From Gaiellaceae bacterium (lineage in GTDB: Bacteria; Actinomycetota; Thermoleophilia; Gaiellales; Gaiellaceae): a stretch of DNA of 64,000 bases. Position 1 is the stretch's first letter. Each line of letters opens with the position of its first letter. The position numbers were made by a program, and so were the translations under genes. The stretch is from assembly GCA_036494245.1 (NCBI GenBank), contig DASXOM010000051.1:1512-65511 (forward strand). The letters are read 5' to 3'. The notes below the pieces were generated by a model. It ran no database searches and was not told the origin of the DNA. It saw only the letters and a program-made list of their open reading frames with translations. Shown here one piece after another: positions 20,282-30,068 of the stretch.

Positions 20282-21172
20282 TCAGCCCTTGATCGCTCCG
20301 CCCAGGCCGGTGCCGCCGAGGAAGGAGCGTTGGAAGATCAGGAAGCCGGCAATCGGGACAAGACAAGCGATGAACATCGCCGCGAGGAAGACTCCGACCG
20401 ACGTCTGCAACTGGATAGAGGGCAAGCGGACCGAGAGCGGCTGCTTGTTCTGGTTCGTGAGGACGAGAAACGGCCAGAGGAAGTCTTTCCACGAGGCGAG
20501 CACGGCGAAGACCGAGACCACGCCGAGGATGGGCTTCGACATCGGCAGCACGATCCGCCAGAAGAGCTGGAACGGCCCCGCGCCGTCGATCTCTGCCGCC
20601 TCGAAGATCTCCCGTGGCAGGTTGTCGAAGAACCGCGTCACGAGGATGACGTTGAAGGCGCTCGCGCCGTACGGCAGCCACAGCGCCCAGTAGCTGTCGA
20701 TCAGCGACTTGTGCACGAGCGGGAGCCGCACGACCTCGATGTAGAGGGGCACCAGGAGCACGATCGCCGGCACGAAGAGCGTGGCCAGGAGCAGGCCCTT
20801 GATGATCGGCGCGTACCGCGGCCGCAGTACCGAGAGCGCGTAGCCGCCCGTCGTCGCGACGACGATCTGCACGGCCCAGGAGCCGAACGCGATCACTACC
20901 GTGTTCCAGAAGTAGCGGCCCACGTGCACGTCGTTCCAGGCCTGGCTGAGGTTGCTCCACGCCGCGCCGTGCGGGAAGAGCGCCATCGGATGGCTGATCG
21001 TGTCGAGCGTCGGCGTGACTGCCGACTTCGCAAGCCAGAGGATCGGGCCGAGGCCGATCACGACGAGCCCGACGAGCAGGAGCGCGTGCAGCGTCCGCAT
21101 CCGCCAGCGTGTGCCCGGCTTTGTCCACTCGAGCTCCGAGATGAGGCCGCCGCCGCTGCCAGGCTTGCTCAT
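20282..21172 (-). CDS. Carbohydrate ABC transporter permease (CUT1, MalG-like)
   Basis: ATG at 21170-21172 overlaps the upstream permease stop. EAA loop [20 protein letters not shown]. Confidence 0.9.
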   Translation of the reverse strand: MSKPGSGGGLISELEWTKPGTRWRMRTLHALLLVGLVVIGLGPILWLAKSAVTPTLDTISHPMALFPHGAAWSNLSQAWNDVHVGRYFWNTVVIAFGSWAVQIVVATTGGYALSVLRPRYAPIIKGLLLATLFVPAIVLLVPLYIEVVRLPLVHKSLIDSYWALWLPYGASAFNVILVTRFFDNLPREIFEAAEIDGAGPFQLFWRIVLPMSKPILGVVSVFAVLASWKDFLWPFLVLTNQNKQPLSVRLPSIQLQTSVGVFLAAMFIACLVPIAGFLIFQRSFLGGTGLGGAIKG

Positions 21173-22149
21173 CGCGTGCTCCAGGTCCGCGTCGCGCGCA
21201 GGTAGACGAGCGAGAAGACGACGAGGAAGCCGGCGAGCATGAGACTGAGCGCCGTCGCCATGCCGTAGTCGCCCCCGAGCGAGTTCCCGAACGCGTAGTT
21301 GTAGATCAGGAGCAGCACCGTCAGGGTCGCGTTGTTCGGCCCGCCCGAGGTGAAGAGATAGGGCTCGAGGAACACCTGCGCGGTCCCGATGATCTGCAGG
21401 ATCAGGGTCACGAGGAGGACGCCGCGAATCTGCGGCAGGGTGATGTGCCAGACCTTGCGCAGCACCCCGGCGCCGTCGACTGATGCCGCCTCGTACAGCT
21501 CCGGGTTCACGCCGATCAGCGCCGCGAGATAGATGATGATCGTCGCGCCGGCGTTGGCCCAGGTCGAGTACAGCACGAGCGACGGCATCGCCCACTGCTG
21601 CGACTGCAGCCACGGGTACGGGCCGAGACCGACCCAGTGCAGGACGGTGTTGAAGACGCCGAGCGAGCTGGCGTCGTAGAACACCTTCCACAGGAGCACG
21701 CCGACGACGGGCGGGATCACGACCGGCAGGAACGCGAGCACGGCGTAGATGCCGCGCCGCTTCCGCACCTCGCTCATCAGGACCGCGGCAATGAGCGGGA
21801 TCGGGTAGCCAATGATCAGCGCGAGGAGCGCGAAGTAGGCCGTGTTCTTGACCGCGACCGGGAAGAGCGGGTCGTGCCAGACGGCGGCGAAGTTCTGGAA
21901 TCCCACCCACGTCGGCGCCTCGACGAGGTTCGTGTGCTGGAACGCCATGATCGCCGTGCGGACGATCGGATACCACGAGAACGCGCCGAACACGAAGAGG
22001 AGCGGGAGGAGGAACAGAAGTGACGCGAGCCCGCCGCCACGAATCCAGTTGAGCGGCGTCCGCCGAGGCCGTGCGTAGGAGCGAGAGAGCCCGCGCTCGC
22101 TCGAAAGCGCGGGCTCTCTCGTCTGATCGACGGCGGTGGTCAACGTCAC
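21169..22149 (-). CDS. Carbohydrate ABC transporter permease (CUT1, MalF-like)
   Basis: EAA loop EAASVDGAGVLRKVWHITLP. 6 TMS. Confidence 0.9.
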   Translation of the reverse strand: MTLTTAVDQTREPALSSERGLSRSYARPRRTPLNWIRGGGLASLLFLLPLLFVFGAFSWYPIVRTAIMAFQHTNLVEAPTWVGFQNFAAVWHDPLFPVAVKNTAYFALLALIIGYPIPLIAAVLMSEVRKRRGIYAVLAFLPVVIPPVVGVLLWKVFYDASSLGVFNTVLHWVGLGPYPWLQSQQWAMPSLVLYSTWANAGATIIIYLAALIGVNPELYEAASVDGAGVLRKVWHITLPQIRGVLLVTLILQIIGTAQVFLEPYLFTSGGPNNATLTVLLLIYNYAFGNSLGGDYGMATALSLMLAGFLVVFSLVYLRATRTWSTR

Positions 22150-22166
22150 TCCACTATCACGCGCTG

Positions 22167-23534
22167 TTAGTTACCCGCCTTGATCGCGGCCTGCGCCTGA
22201 GCGTTCGCTTGCTGGAGCATCTGCCCGATGTTCGTACTCTGGTTCGTCAGCACCGCCTCGACGACGGCGTTGAGGGCGTTGTAGACGCTCTGCGTCGATG
22301 CCTCGGGCTCCGGGATGAGCTTCTGCTCGAAGATCCCGTTCAGGAACGGCTTCATGTGGCCGAGCGGGACGTTGATGTAGGGCTTGATCCACTTGTTCGC
22401 CAGGTTGTATTGCTTCTTGTTGAAGAGCGGGAGCGCGGGCACGCCGACCGGCTGATGGTTCGCAACCAGCGTCTTCGCGTTCCGGATCGCCTGCGTCTTC
22501 GAGACGAGCGGCGACTCGTAGAAGAAGCTGATCCACTTCATGGCCGCGGAGAGCTGGGCCTTGTTCACCTTCGGGCGGACGGCTGCGAGCGTGCCGCCGC
22601 CGAGCACGCCGGCGTTCTTGTTCTTGGCGAGCGGGACCGTCGTGAGGCCGTAGATGGAAGGATTGACGCTGTAGGCCTGCACGAGGTTGGTGTACACGTC
22701 CGAGCCGCTGATGTACATGCCGACCTGGCCGGCGGCGAAGGCCTGGTTGATGTCGCTCCAGCCGAGGTCGAAGTTGGAGCCCATCGAGTTGTCGGTCCAG
22801 CGCATCGCCTTGAGCATGTTCAGCGCCTGGACGGTGTACTTGTTGTTGAGGGTCGCCTTGGCATGGGTGCCCGTGCCCTTCTCCATCCGCCCGCCGAGCG
22901 AGTAGACGACCGAGGTCAGGATCCAGCCGGCGGTGTTGTCGTTCTTCGCCATCTCGACATAGCCGGGCTTGCCGGTCTTCTGGGTGATGATCCGCGCGTC
23001 TTTACGGATCTCCGCCCAGGTGGTGGGCGGCTTGCTCGGGTTGAGGCCGGCCTGCTTGAAGAGTGCACGGTTGTAGTGCAGGGCCTGCGCGTAGGCGCCC
23101 TTCGGCAAGGCGATGACCTGTCCCTTCGCGTCGGTGCCCTCCGCGAGGACGGCCTTGTTGTACTTCTTGTGGTACGGCAGCTGTTTGAAGTAGGGCGTGA
23201 GGTTTGCCAGCTGGCCGTTGTCGCCGAGCGTGCGAGCGTCGGTGAACGGCACCTCGAACACCGTCGGCAGCGTCCCGGCGGCGAGCTTGGCCGCGAACGT
23301 GGGAGCTGTCCACTGGTACTCGACCGGCTTGACCTTGATGGTCGGGTTCTTTTTCTCGAACTCCGCCACCTGGGCGTTGAACTGCTTGACTGCCGCCGGC
23401 GTGCTTCCGGGGATGAGCGAGGCGACGCTGATCGAGACCTTCTGCGCCGCGCGCGTCGAGCCGGCGGCCGAGCTCGCGCCGACGCCGAGCACTACGACCG
23501 CGGCGACGATCATCGCTAAACGAGTGGACTTCAT
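22167..23534 (-). CDS. Extracellular sugar-binding protein (ABC, family 1)
   Basis: Signal peptide MKSTRLAMIVAAVVVLGVGASSAAG. Lys/Asn-rich SBP_bac_1-like body. First gene after the GH13 gene in the operon. Confidence 0.85.
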   Translation of the reverse strand: MKSTRLAMIVAAVVVLGVGASSAAGSTRAAQKVSISVASLIPGSTPAAVKQFNAQVAEFEKKNPTIKVKPVEYQWTAPTFAAKLAAGTLPTVFEVPFTDARTLGDNGQLANLTPYFKQLPYHKKYNKAVLAEGTDAKGQVIALPKGAYAQALHYNRALFKQAGLNPSKPPTTWAEIRKDARIITQKTGKPGYVEMAKNDNTAGWILTSVVYSLGGRMEKGTGTHAKATLNNKYTVQALNMLKAMRWTDNSMGSNFDLGWSDINQAFAAGQVGMYISGSDVYTNLVQAYSVNPSIYGLTTVPLAKNKNAGVLGGGTLAAVRPKVNKAQLSAAMKWISFFYESPLVSKTQAIRNAKTLVANHQPVGVPALPLFNKKQYNLANKWIKPYINVPLGHMKPFLNGIFEQKLIPEPEASTQSVYNALNAVVEAVLTNQSTNIGQMLQQANAQAQAAIKAGN

Positions 23535-23562
23535 GTCCTTCCCTTTCCTGAACTAGTCGCTG

Positions 23563-25272
23563 CTATGACGTAGAAGTGGGTTCCCAGTTAGAAGGCCCGT
23601 CTCCACCGTTCTCCTGGTAGAGCCAGACCGTGGTGTCCTGCGGAAGCGCACCTCCTTCGAGCTCGTTGCTTGCGATGAGGACCACCGCGCCGGCCGGAAG
23701 CGCGACCGGTTCGGGGCCGAAGTTGACGACACAGGAGAAGGCGTCGCCGCGCGCAAACGAGAGCGACGTGACGCCGAAGAGAGTCCCGAGCGGGCCAAGC
23801 CACTGGAACGGGCCTGCGCCCCACGGTCGGCTCCGGCGGATACGCAGGCCTTCGCGGTAGAGCAAGAGCATCGAGGCCGGGTCGTCTGTCTGGGCCTCGA
23901 CCGTGAGAGACGTCCAGTCGTCCGGCTGGTCGAGCCACGGCCGCCTGGCGCCCTCGGGGCTGAAGCCGTACGGTGGTCCGGTGCCCGACCAGGGCATCGG
24001 CACGCGGCAGCCGTCGCGGCCCGGGTCGGCGCCTCCCGAGCGCAGCCATATCGGGTCGCGGCGGAGCTCGGACGGGATGTCCTCGACCTCGGGCAGGCCG
24101 AGCTCCTCGCCCTGGTAGACGTACATCGAGCCCGGCAGAGCCATCGTGAGCAGCGCCGCCGCACGCGCCCGCCGTGTGCCGCGTTCGAGGTCGGTCGGAA
24201 TGTCGGGACGCCTCGTGGCGAAGGCGAACGAGCTGTCGGCCCGCCCGTAGCGGGTGACCGGCCGCGTGACGTCGTGGTTCGAGAGCACCCACGTAGGGGG
24301 CGCTCCGACCGGCTCGTGGACGGCGAGCGACGCGTCGATCGAGGCACGAATGCGCCGTGCCTCCCAGGGACAACCGAGGAAGTCGAAGTTGAACGCGGTG
24401 TGCAGCTCGTCCGGCCGCAGGTACCGAGCGAGCCGGTCGGCATCCGGGAGCCAGATCTCCCCGACGAGCACGCGCGGGTCCTCGTAGGAATCGGCGATCG
24501 CTCGCCAGCGGCGGTAGACGTCGTGGGTCTCGTCCCGATCGGAGAAGGGATGTTCGCCGGGCCCGGCGTCGGGGCGCTCGTCGCGAAGCTCCGGGTCCTT
24601 CATCAGCAAGGCCGCCGAATCGATGCGGACGCCGGCCGCTCCCCGGTTGAACCAGAAGCGCAGCACGCTCTCGAACTCCGCCGAGACGTCGGGATGCGTC
24701 CAGTTCAGGTCCGGCTGCTCCGGCGCGAAGAGATGGAGGTACCACTCGCCGTCGGCGACGCGGGTCCAGGCGTCGCCGCCGAAGATCGACTGCCACTGGT
24801 TCGGAGGCTCGTCGCCGTGGGCGCCGCGTCCGGGTCGGAACCAGAAGCGCGCGCGCTCGGGGGAGCCCGGCGTCGAGGCGAGCGCCTCCCGGAACCACGG
24901 GTGCTGGTCTGAGACGTGGTTCGGAACGACGTCGACGATCGTCCGGATGCCGAGCGCGCGCGCATCGGCGATCAGACCTTCCGCCTCAGGGAGGGTGCCG
25001 AAGGCGGGGTCGATCGATCGGTAGTCCGAGATGTCGTACCCGTTGTCGGCGCCGGGCGACGGGTACCAGGGGTTGAACCAGAGCCCGTCGATCCCGAGGT
25101 CGCGTAGATACGGAAGGCGGGCGCGGACTCCGGCGAGGTCACCGATGCCGTCGCCGGTCGCGTCGGCAAAGCTCCGCGTGTAGACCTGGTAGATGACCCC
25201 TTCGCGCCACCACTCTGTAACCGGCGCGTGAACGTCTTCCTCGAGCGGTGCCGCTACGGCGCGAACATCCAC
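23563..25272 (-). CDS. GH13 alpha-glucosidase / oligo-1,6-glucosidase
   Basis: GTG start. GH13 regions DVVPNHVS, GVRIDSA, GEIW, SNHD, plus N-terminal WWREGVIYQVYTRSFAD. Confidence 0.9.
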   Translation of the reverse strand: MDVRAVAAPLEEDVHAPVTEWWREGVIYQVYTRSFADATGDGIGDLAGVRARLPYLRDLGIDGLWFNPWYPSPGADNGYDISDYRSIDPAFGTLPEAEGLIADARALGIRTIVDVVPNHVSDQHPWFREALASTPGSPERARFWFRPGRGAHGDEPPNQWQSIFGGDAWTRVADGEWYLHLFAPEQPDLNWTHPDVSAEFESVLRFWFNRGAAGVRIDSAALLMKDPELRDERPDAGPGEHPFSDRDETHDVYRRWRAIADSYEDPRVLVGEIWLPDADRLARYLRPDELHTAFNFDFLGCPWEARRIRASIDASLAVHEPVGAPPTWVLSNHDVTRPVTRYGRADSSFAFATRRPDIPTDLERGTRRARAAALLTMALPGSMYVYQGEELGLPEVEDIPSELRRDPIWLRSGGADPGRDGCRVPMPWSGTGPPYGFSPEGARRPWLDQPDDWTSLTVEAQTDDPASMLLLYREGLRIRRSRPWGAGPFQWLGPLGTLFGVTSLSFARGDAFSCVVNFGPEPVALPAGAVVLIASNELEGGALPQDTTVWLYQENGGDGPSNWEPTSTS

Positions 25273-25323
25273 GCCGGCGAGAATGACACATTTCGCAGAT
25301 CATTGCAAGATCACGCGCTAAAT

Positions 25324-25340
25324 TTGCAAGCGACTTGCAA
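25324..25340. promoter_or_regulatory. LacI-type operator candidate (inverted repeat TTGCAAG-cga-CTTGCAA)
   Basis: Perfect 7-bp arms, 52-68 nt upstream of the GH13 GTG and just below the lacI-family stop. An extra TTGCAA half-site lies at 25303-25308. Confidence 0.45.
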
Positions 25341-25354
25341 TAGCCCTGGCAGTA

Positions 25355-26374
25355 CTAGTTCGCGGCGGCCACGGGAACCGGACGCGCCATCGCCGCAGGC
25401 CCGGTCGAACCGCGTACGACGAGCTCCGGCGCGAACAGCAGCTCCTCCGATGAAACCGCTTCGCCGCCCACCAGCGAGAGGAGCGTTGCTACCGCACTCC
25501 GCCCCATCGACTCGATCGGCTGTCTCACGGTGGTCAGCGGCGGGTCGGTGCTTGCCATCAGCGTCGAGTCGTCGAAGCCGACGACCGAGAAAGCGTCGGG
25601 AACGCGCAGCCCCTCGCGGTGGATGCCCCGGATGACGCCGAGCGCGAGGACGTCGCTCGCACAGACGGCAGCGGTCGCGCCGTGCCGGAGCAGCTTCGTG
25701 CCGGCCGCCTGGCCGCCCTCCGTCGAGAACATCGTTCGCTCCACGAGCTCGGATGGGCCGTTGAGCTCCTCGAACGCCGCCAGCTTCCGCGCAGACGGAA
25801 CGTGATCGGCGGGGCCGAGCACGATCCCGATCCGCTCGTGACCGAGAGAACGCAGATGCGCGACGGCCTGCCCGACTGCACTCCGGTCGTCGGTCGAGAC
25901 GCGCGGAAACCCGAGGTCCTCGTAGGCCGCGTTCACCAGCACGGCCGGCAGGCCACGCTCGCGAAGCCGCAGATAGTGCTCGTGGTCGGCGGACGCCTGC
26001 GCATACAGGCCGCCCGAGAAGATCACCCCGGAAACCTGGTGCTCGAGCAGCATCTCCACATACGCAGCCTCCGAGATCCCGGCCGACGTCCGGGTGCACA
26101 GGACCGGCGTAAACCCGCGCTTCGCGAGCGCGTCGGCCACGACCTCGGCGAACGCAGGAAAGATCGGGTTTTGCAGCTCCGGGAGCACAAGCCCGACGAG
26201 CCGCGCACGGGCGCCGCGCAGCCCGGTCGGACGCTCGTAGCCGAGGACGTCGAGCGCCGTCAGGACGAGCTCCTGCGTCGCTTTCGCCACGCCGGGCCGC
26301 TGGTTGAGCACGCGACTCACCGTCGCCTCGCTCACTCCCGCATACTGAGCCACCTCGGCAAGCCGCCGCCGCAT
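25355..26374 (-). CDS. LacI family transcriptional regulator
   Basis: HTH LAEVAQYAGVSEATVSRVLN followed by a periplasmic-binding-protein-like effector domain. Confidence 0.9.
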   Translation of the reverse strand: MRRRLAEVAQYAGVSEATVSRVLNQRPGVAKATQELVLTALDVLGYERPTGLRGARARLVGLVLPELQNPIFPAFAEVVADALAKRGFTPVLCTRTSAGISEAAYVEMLLEHQVSGVIFSGGLYAQASADHEHYLRLRERGLPAVLVNAAYEDLGFPRVSTDDRSAVGQAVAHLRSLGHERIGIVLGPADHVPSARKLAAFEELNGPSELVERTMFSTEGGQAAGTKLLRHGATAAVCASDVLALGVIRGIHREGLRVPDAFSVVGFDDSTLMASTDPPLTTVRQPIESMGRSAVATLLSLVGGEAVSSEELLFAPELVVRGSTGPAAMARPVPVAAAN

Positions 26375-26434
26375 AGGCGTCAGGCTAGCGCAAGAAACCG
26401 ACAGACAGGAATGGCGCCTCCGCCGGGGAGCCGG

Positions 26435-28369
26435 TCAGCGCTGGCAGACGAAGCTGTCGCGCTCGTCGTTCAACGGCGCGGCGGTCACCCACACGCCTCC
26501 GTCGGCGATCGTGATGGAGCTGAGGCATGGGCCGCCCTGCGTCGGCAGGACGCGCGTAACCTGAGTCGTTTGTTCGGGCCCGTTCTGCTCGGCTTCTCGG
26601 ACAACCGTGCCGTTCGGCGAGTCGTACCGCCAGAGAACGCTGTTCCCCCACACGTTCTCGGCACTCGTGGGTGGTCCGTCGAACGTCTGGAACTTGGCCA
26701 GCGAGGCTGGATCTATCCAGAGGGTCATCCCCTTGTGGCCCTCCACGCGGACCCACACCTGTCCGTCGATGAGCTCGGGTCGCGTGGCGCGGGAGTCCGA
26801 TACCTGGACTTTCGTGGGCGATCGCCTGAATTGGGGGTCGATCCGGTACAGCGTCGACCTCATCGAGCTCACGACCCACGCCTTGCCGTAGCCGAAGGCG
26901 ATGGAGTCGATCCGCGCCGAGGCGGGGAAGCGCGTTCGTCCCGTTACGCGCCCGTCTGCCGGATCGACGCGCAGTACTTCGTCGTCTCGCGAAGTGCGGC
27001 CGACGACCCAGACGGAGCCGCCGCCCACCGCGACCCCGGTGGGAACGATGTCGAGCGGATACGCGTGCGATCTCCGCTTTTGGTTTCCGGCCGGAAGATG
27101 CACGAGGTATGGCGGGCTGACCAGCCCTCCCTTTACGAACCACGCGCCGGACGCATCGGCGGCGAGCACCGGCCCGGAGTAGAGGCCGCAGCACTCGGCG
27201 GGTGGAAGAAGCGAGACCAATGTCCGCTCGATCACGCCGCTCGTTCGCGTGTCGATCTCGGAGATCTTGCCGCTTCCTTCGCTGTAGACCCAGACCCGCC
27301 GGCCGCTGCCGGCGGACACGACCGGGTTCAGCCCCACGTTGACCACCGCGTCCACCTTCCTGGTCGTCGGGTCGATTCGTGCAAGCTCGTTCGGTGCGGC
27401 GAAGAGAGGGGGGCTCTTGCGAGCCCCGTGGGCCAGCGACGTCGCGATCACCGCGGCTGTGGCGGCGATTGCAAGCGCGGCGGCACCGGCGAGAAGCACG
27501 GTTCGGCGGCGGCGCGAGGCCCGCGGCGTTCCGAGTCCGAGTGCCTGTCCAGCCGCGGCGACCAATGCCCCACAGCTCGGATAGCGCTGTTCGGGCTCCT
27601 TCGCCAGCGCCCGCCCGAGGACCGCGTCGATCGCGTCCGGCAGTTCCGGCCGCGTCCTGCTCGGTTGCGGCGCCTCCTCCTCGAGGTGTGCCCAGGCGAC
27701 TGCGAGCCGGGAGGAGCGCGGGAATACGGGCTCACCGGTCAGGCACTCGTAGAGCAAGCAGCCGAGCGAGTAGACGTCCGCGCTGCCGTCGATGGGCGCG
27801 CCGTTGAGCTGCTCGGGCGCGAGGTAGGCGGGTGTGCCGATGGACGAACCCTCGCCGGCCATGCCTTCGTCGTCGTCGAGGCGCCGCGTGAGCCCGAAGT
27901 CGGCGAGATAGACGTGCTCCGAGCCGTCGAGCAGGACGTTCGACGGCTTGACGTCGCGGTGTACGAGCCCCCGGTGGTGTGCTGCGTCGAGCGCGGCGGC
28001 GATCTGCGCAGAGATCGCGATCGCTCGCGCCGGCTCGAGCGCTCCCTCCGATCTGAGCAGCGAGCGAAGATCGATGCCGTCCACGAGCCGCATCGCGAGA
28101 TAGACACGGCCGTCGACGTCACCCGCGTCGTAGATCGGAACGACGTTCGGGTGCTCCAGCGACATCACGAGCTCCGACTCGCGCGCGAATCGCTCGCGGA
28201 AGCGCTCGTCGCGCGCCAGGGGCGGCGCGACGAGCTTGAGCGCGACCGGCCGCTTAAGGCGCAGGTCGTAGGCGCGGTACACGACGCCCATTCCGCCGCG
28301 GCCGATCAGCTCCTCGATCCGGTACCCGAGGAAGTCGGTGCCGATGTCAACGGGCGCGGAGACGTCCAT
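26435..28369 (-). CDS. Transmembrane Ser/Thr protein kinase with extracytoplasmic repeat (beta-propeller-like) domain
   Basis: G-loop GRGGMGVVYRA, VALK, HRDVKPSNVLL, DFG, GTPAYLAPE. TM segment LLAGAAALAIAATAAVIATSLA. About 330-aa C-terminal domain with repeated G.VWV / RIDP-like strands. Confidence 0.9.
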   Translation of the reverse strand: MDVSAPVDIGTDFLGYRIEELIGRGGMGVVYRAYDLRLKRPVALKLVAPPLARDERFRERFARESELVMSLEHPNVVPIYDAGDVDGRVYLAMRLVDGIDLRSLLRSEGALEPARAIAISAQIAAALDAAHHRGLVHRDVKPSNVLLDGSEHVYLADFGLTRRLDDDEGMAGEGSSIGTPAYLAPEQLNGAPIDGSADVYSLGCLLYECLTGEPVFPRSSRLAVAWAHLEEEAPQPSRTRPELPDAIDAVLGRALAKEPEQRYPSCGALVAAAGQALGLGTPRASRRRRTVLLAGAAALAIAATAAVIATSLAHGARKSPPLFAAPNELARIDPTTRKVDAVVNVGLNPVVSAGSGRRVWVYSEGSGKISEIDTRTSGVIERTLVSLLPPAECCGLYSGPVLAADASGAWFVKGGLVSPPYLVHLPAGNQKRRSHAYPLDIVPTGVAVGGGSVWVVGRTSRDDEVLRVDPADGRVTGRTRFPASARIDSIAFGYGKAWVVSSMRSTLYRIDPQFRRSPTKVQVSDSRATRPELIDGQVWVRVEGHKGMTLWIDPASLAKFQTFDGPPTSAENVWGNSVLWRYDSPNGTVVREAEQNGPEQTTQVTRVLPTQGGPCLSSITIADGGVWVTAAPLNDERDSFVCQR

Positions 28370-28398
28370 GCCTCTGCCTTGGAAGCCTACGCCTGCCG

Positions 28399-28426
28399 CT
28401 GAGGTGCGACTGAGCCTTTCCTGAGG
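28399..28426. promoter_or_regulatory. Three direct repeats CTGAG[G/C] at exact 11-bp phasing (candidate SARP box)
   Basis: Copies at 28399-28404, 28410-28415 and 28421-28426, in the kinase/SARP divergent intergenic region. Confidence 0.45.
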
Positions 28427-28464
28427 CCGGGCGCACGTTCATAGTGGGTGGCGGAGGGCAAGCG

Positions 28465-30066
28465 ATGGAGTTTCGGATCCTGGGGCCGCTCGAAGTCGTG
28501 GACGCAGGCGGCGCCGTGCCGTTGGGCGGCGAGAAGCAACGAATGCTGCTCGCCCTGCTCCTCGTGACGCCCAACCGCCCCGTCTCGGTCGACCGCCTGA
28601 TCGACGCGTTGTGGTCGGACGACCCTCCGGCGGCTGCGTCGAACGCTCTCCAGTTCCACGTCTCTCAGGTGCGGAAGGTGCTCGGGGAGGGCGCGTCGAT
28701 CGTCACCCAGGAGCCCGGCTACCTGATCCGGATCGACCCCGACCAGCTCGACCTGCTGCGCTTCGAGCGCCTGGCGACCGAGGCGGAACGCGCGGAAGAC
28801 CCCGCGACTGCGAGCCGGCTCCTCGGCGAGGCGCTCGGACTCTGGCGCGGGGAGGCCCTCGCCGAGCTGGCGGACGACGTGCTCTCACAGCCGGAAGCCC
28901 AGCGCCTCGAAGCCGCCCGCCTCGCGGCACTCGAGCTGCGCATCGATGCAGACCTCGCGCTAGGCCGCTACGCACAACTCGTTCCCGAGCTCGAGGCGCT
29001 CGTCCGTGCGCATCCGCTCCACGAGGGTCTCGTGGGCGCGCTCATGCGGGCGCTGTATGGCGCCGGCCGGCAGGCGGAAGCGCTCGACGTCTACCGCACG
29101 ACGCGCGAGACGTTCGACTCCGAGCTCGGGATCGAGCCGTCGCCGTTGCTGCGTGAGCTCGAGCGCGCGATCCTGCAGCAGGACCCGGAGCTCGCACTCG
29201 AGCAGCCCGCCGGCGGGAGCCTGCGCTCCATCCTCGTGCTCGTCGGTGACGAGGGCCGGATGCCCGACCTGCTCGCGATCGCCGAGGCTCTGGCCGTCGG
29301 CTCGGGACGCGAGCTGATCCTCGTCCGCTTCACCGCCGGCTCCGAGGAGCTCGCCGCCGCGACGGCCGCGCTCGCCGCGCAGCGTGAAACGCTTGCTGTG
29401 CGAGGCGTTCGGTGCCGCGTCGCCTCGTACACCGCCGCCGAGGCCGGTGCGGAGGCGGCAGTGCTCGCGACCGAGCAGGCGGTCGACCTCGTCCTGGCCG
29501 AGGCGCCTCAGGAGCTCCTCGGCGACGTCGCGCTCGCTGAGCCGTTCTCCTCCCTCCTGGAGCAGGCGCCGTGCGACGTCGGTCTGCTCACTGCTGGAAC
29601 GGGAGCAGCGGTCGGTCCGGTGGTGACGCCGTTCGGAGGAGCGGAGCACGACTGGTCGGCGATCGAGCTTGCCGCCTGGCTGGCGTCGGCGCTCGATACG
29701 ACACTCCGCCTGCTGGGCACCGAGGCCGACCCGGCGCTCGGTCGGCGTGACGCAAGCAGGCTGCTGGCCCGCGCCTCGCTCCTGGTGCAGCAGATCGTCG
29801 GGATCGTCACGGAGCCGCGTTTGATCGAACCGGGCGATGCCGGTGTCGTCGAGGCGGCAGAGGACGCGCGCGTGCTCGTGGTCGGCCTCTCGGATCGCTG
29901 GCGCGAGGAGGGAATCGGCACGGTCCGCGCCGCGGTGGCGAACGCTGCGCCGGCTCCGATCCTGTTCGTTCGCTCCGGGCTCAAGGCACGCGGTTTGGCT
30001 CCGTCGCAGACGATGACGCGATTCACCTGGACGCAGGCTGCGACGAGGGCCCCCGCCTCTCAGTAG
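28465..30066 (+). CDS. SARP family regulator (wHTH + BTAD) fused to tandem USP-like domains
   Basis: ATG at 28465 after GGAGGG. MEFRILGPLEV, LW.GEALAE, ALYGAGRQAEALDVYRTTRETFDSELGIEPSPLLRELE. The C-terminal 290 aa is two USP-like halves ending ...APCDVGLL and ...LVVGLSDRW..GIGTV...APAPILFVR. Confidence 0.8.
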   Translation: MEFRILGPLEVVDAGGAVPLGGEKQRMLLALLLVTPNRPVSVDRLIDALWSDDPPAAASNALQFHVSQVRKVLGEGASIVTQEPGYLIRIDPDQLDLLRFERLATEAERAEDPATASRLLGEALGLWRGEALAELADDVLSQPEAQRLEAARLAALELRIDADLALGRYAQLVPELEALVRAHPLHEGLVGALMRALYGAGRQAEALDVYRTTRETFDSELGIEPSPLLRELERAILQQDPELALEQPAGGSLRSILVLVGDEGRMPDLLAIAEALAVGSGRELILVRFTAGSEELAAATAALAAQRETLAVRGVRCRVASYTAAEAGAEAAVLATEQAVDLVLAEAPQELLGDVALAEPFSSLLEQAPCDVGLLTAGTGAAVGPVVTPFGGAEHDWSAIELAAWLASALDTTLRLLGTEADPALGRRDASRLLARASLLVQQIVGIVTEPRLIEPGDAGVVEAAEDARVLVVGLSDRWREEGIGTVRAAVANAAPAPILFVRSGLKARGLAPSQTMTRFTWTQAATRAPASQ

Positions 30067-30068
30067 GG

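Noticed and set aside
25619-28402. 927-aa plus-strand ORF spanning the LacI and kinase region. Similar giant ORFs: 4333..6456 (+), 16823..18547 (+), 34209..35948 (-), 54094..56130 (-), 59596..61167 (-), 22071..23519 (+), 44304..45989 (+).
   Set aside because: All lie antisense to, or out of frame with, genes that carry clear family motifs. Their translations are dominated by Arg/Ala/Gly/Pro/Asp with no recognisable domains. This is the expected stop-codon-poor artefact of a roughly 70% GC genome.
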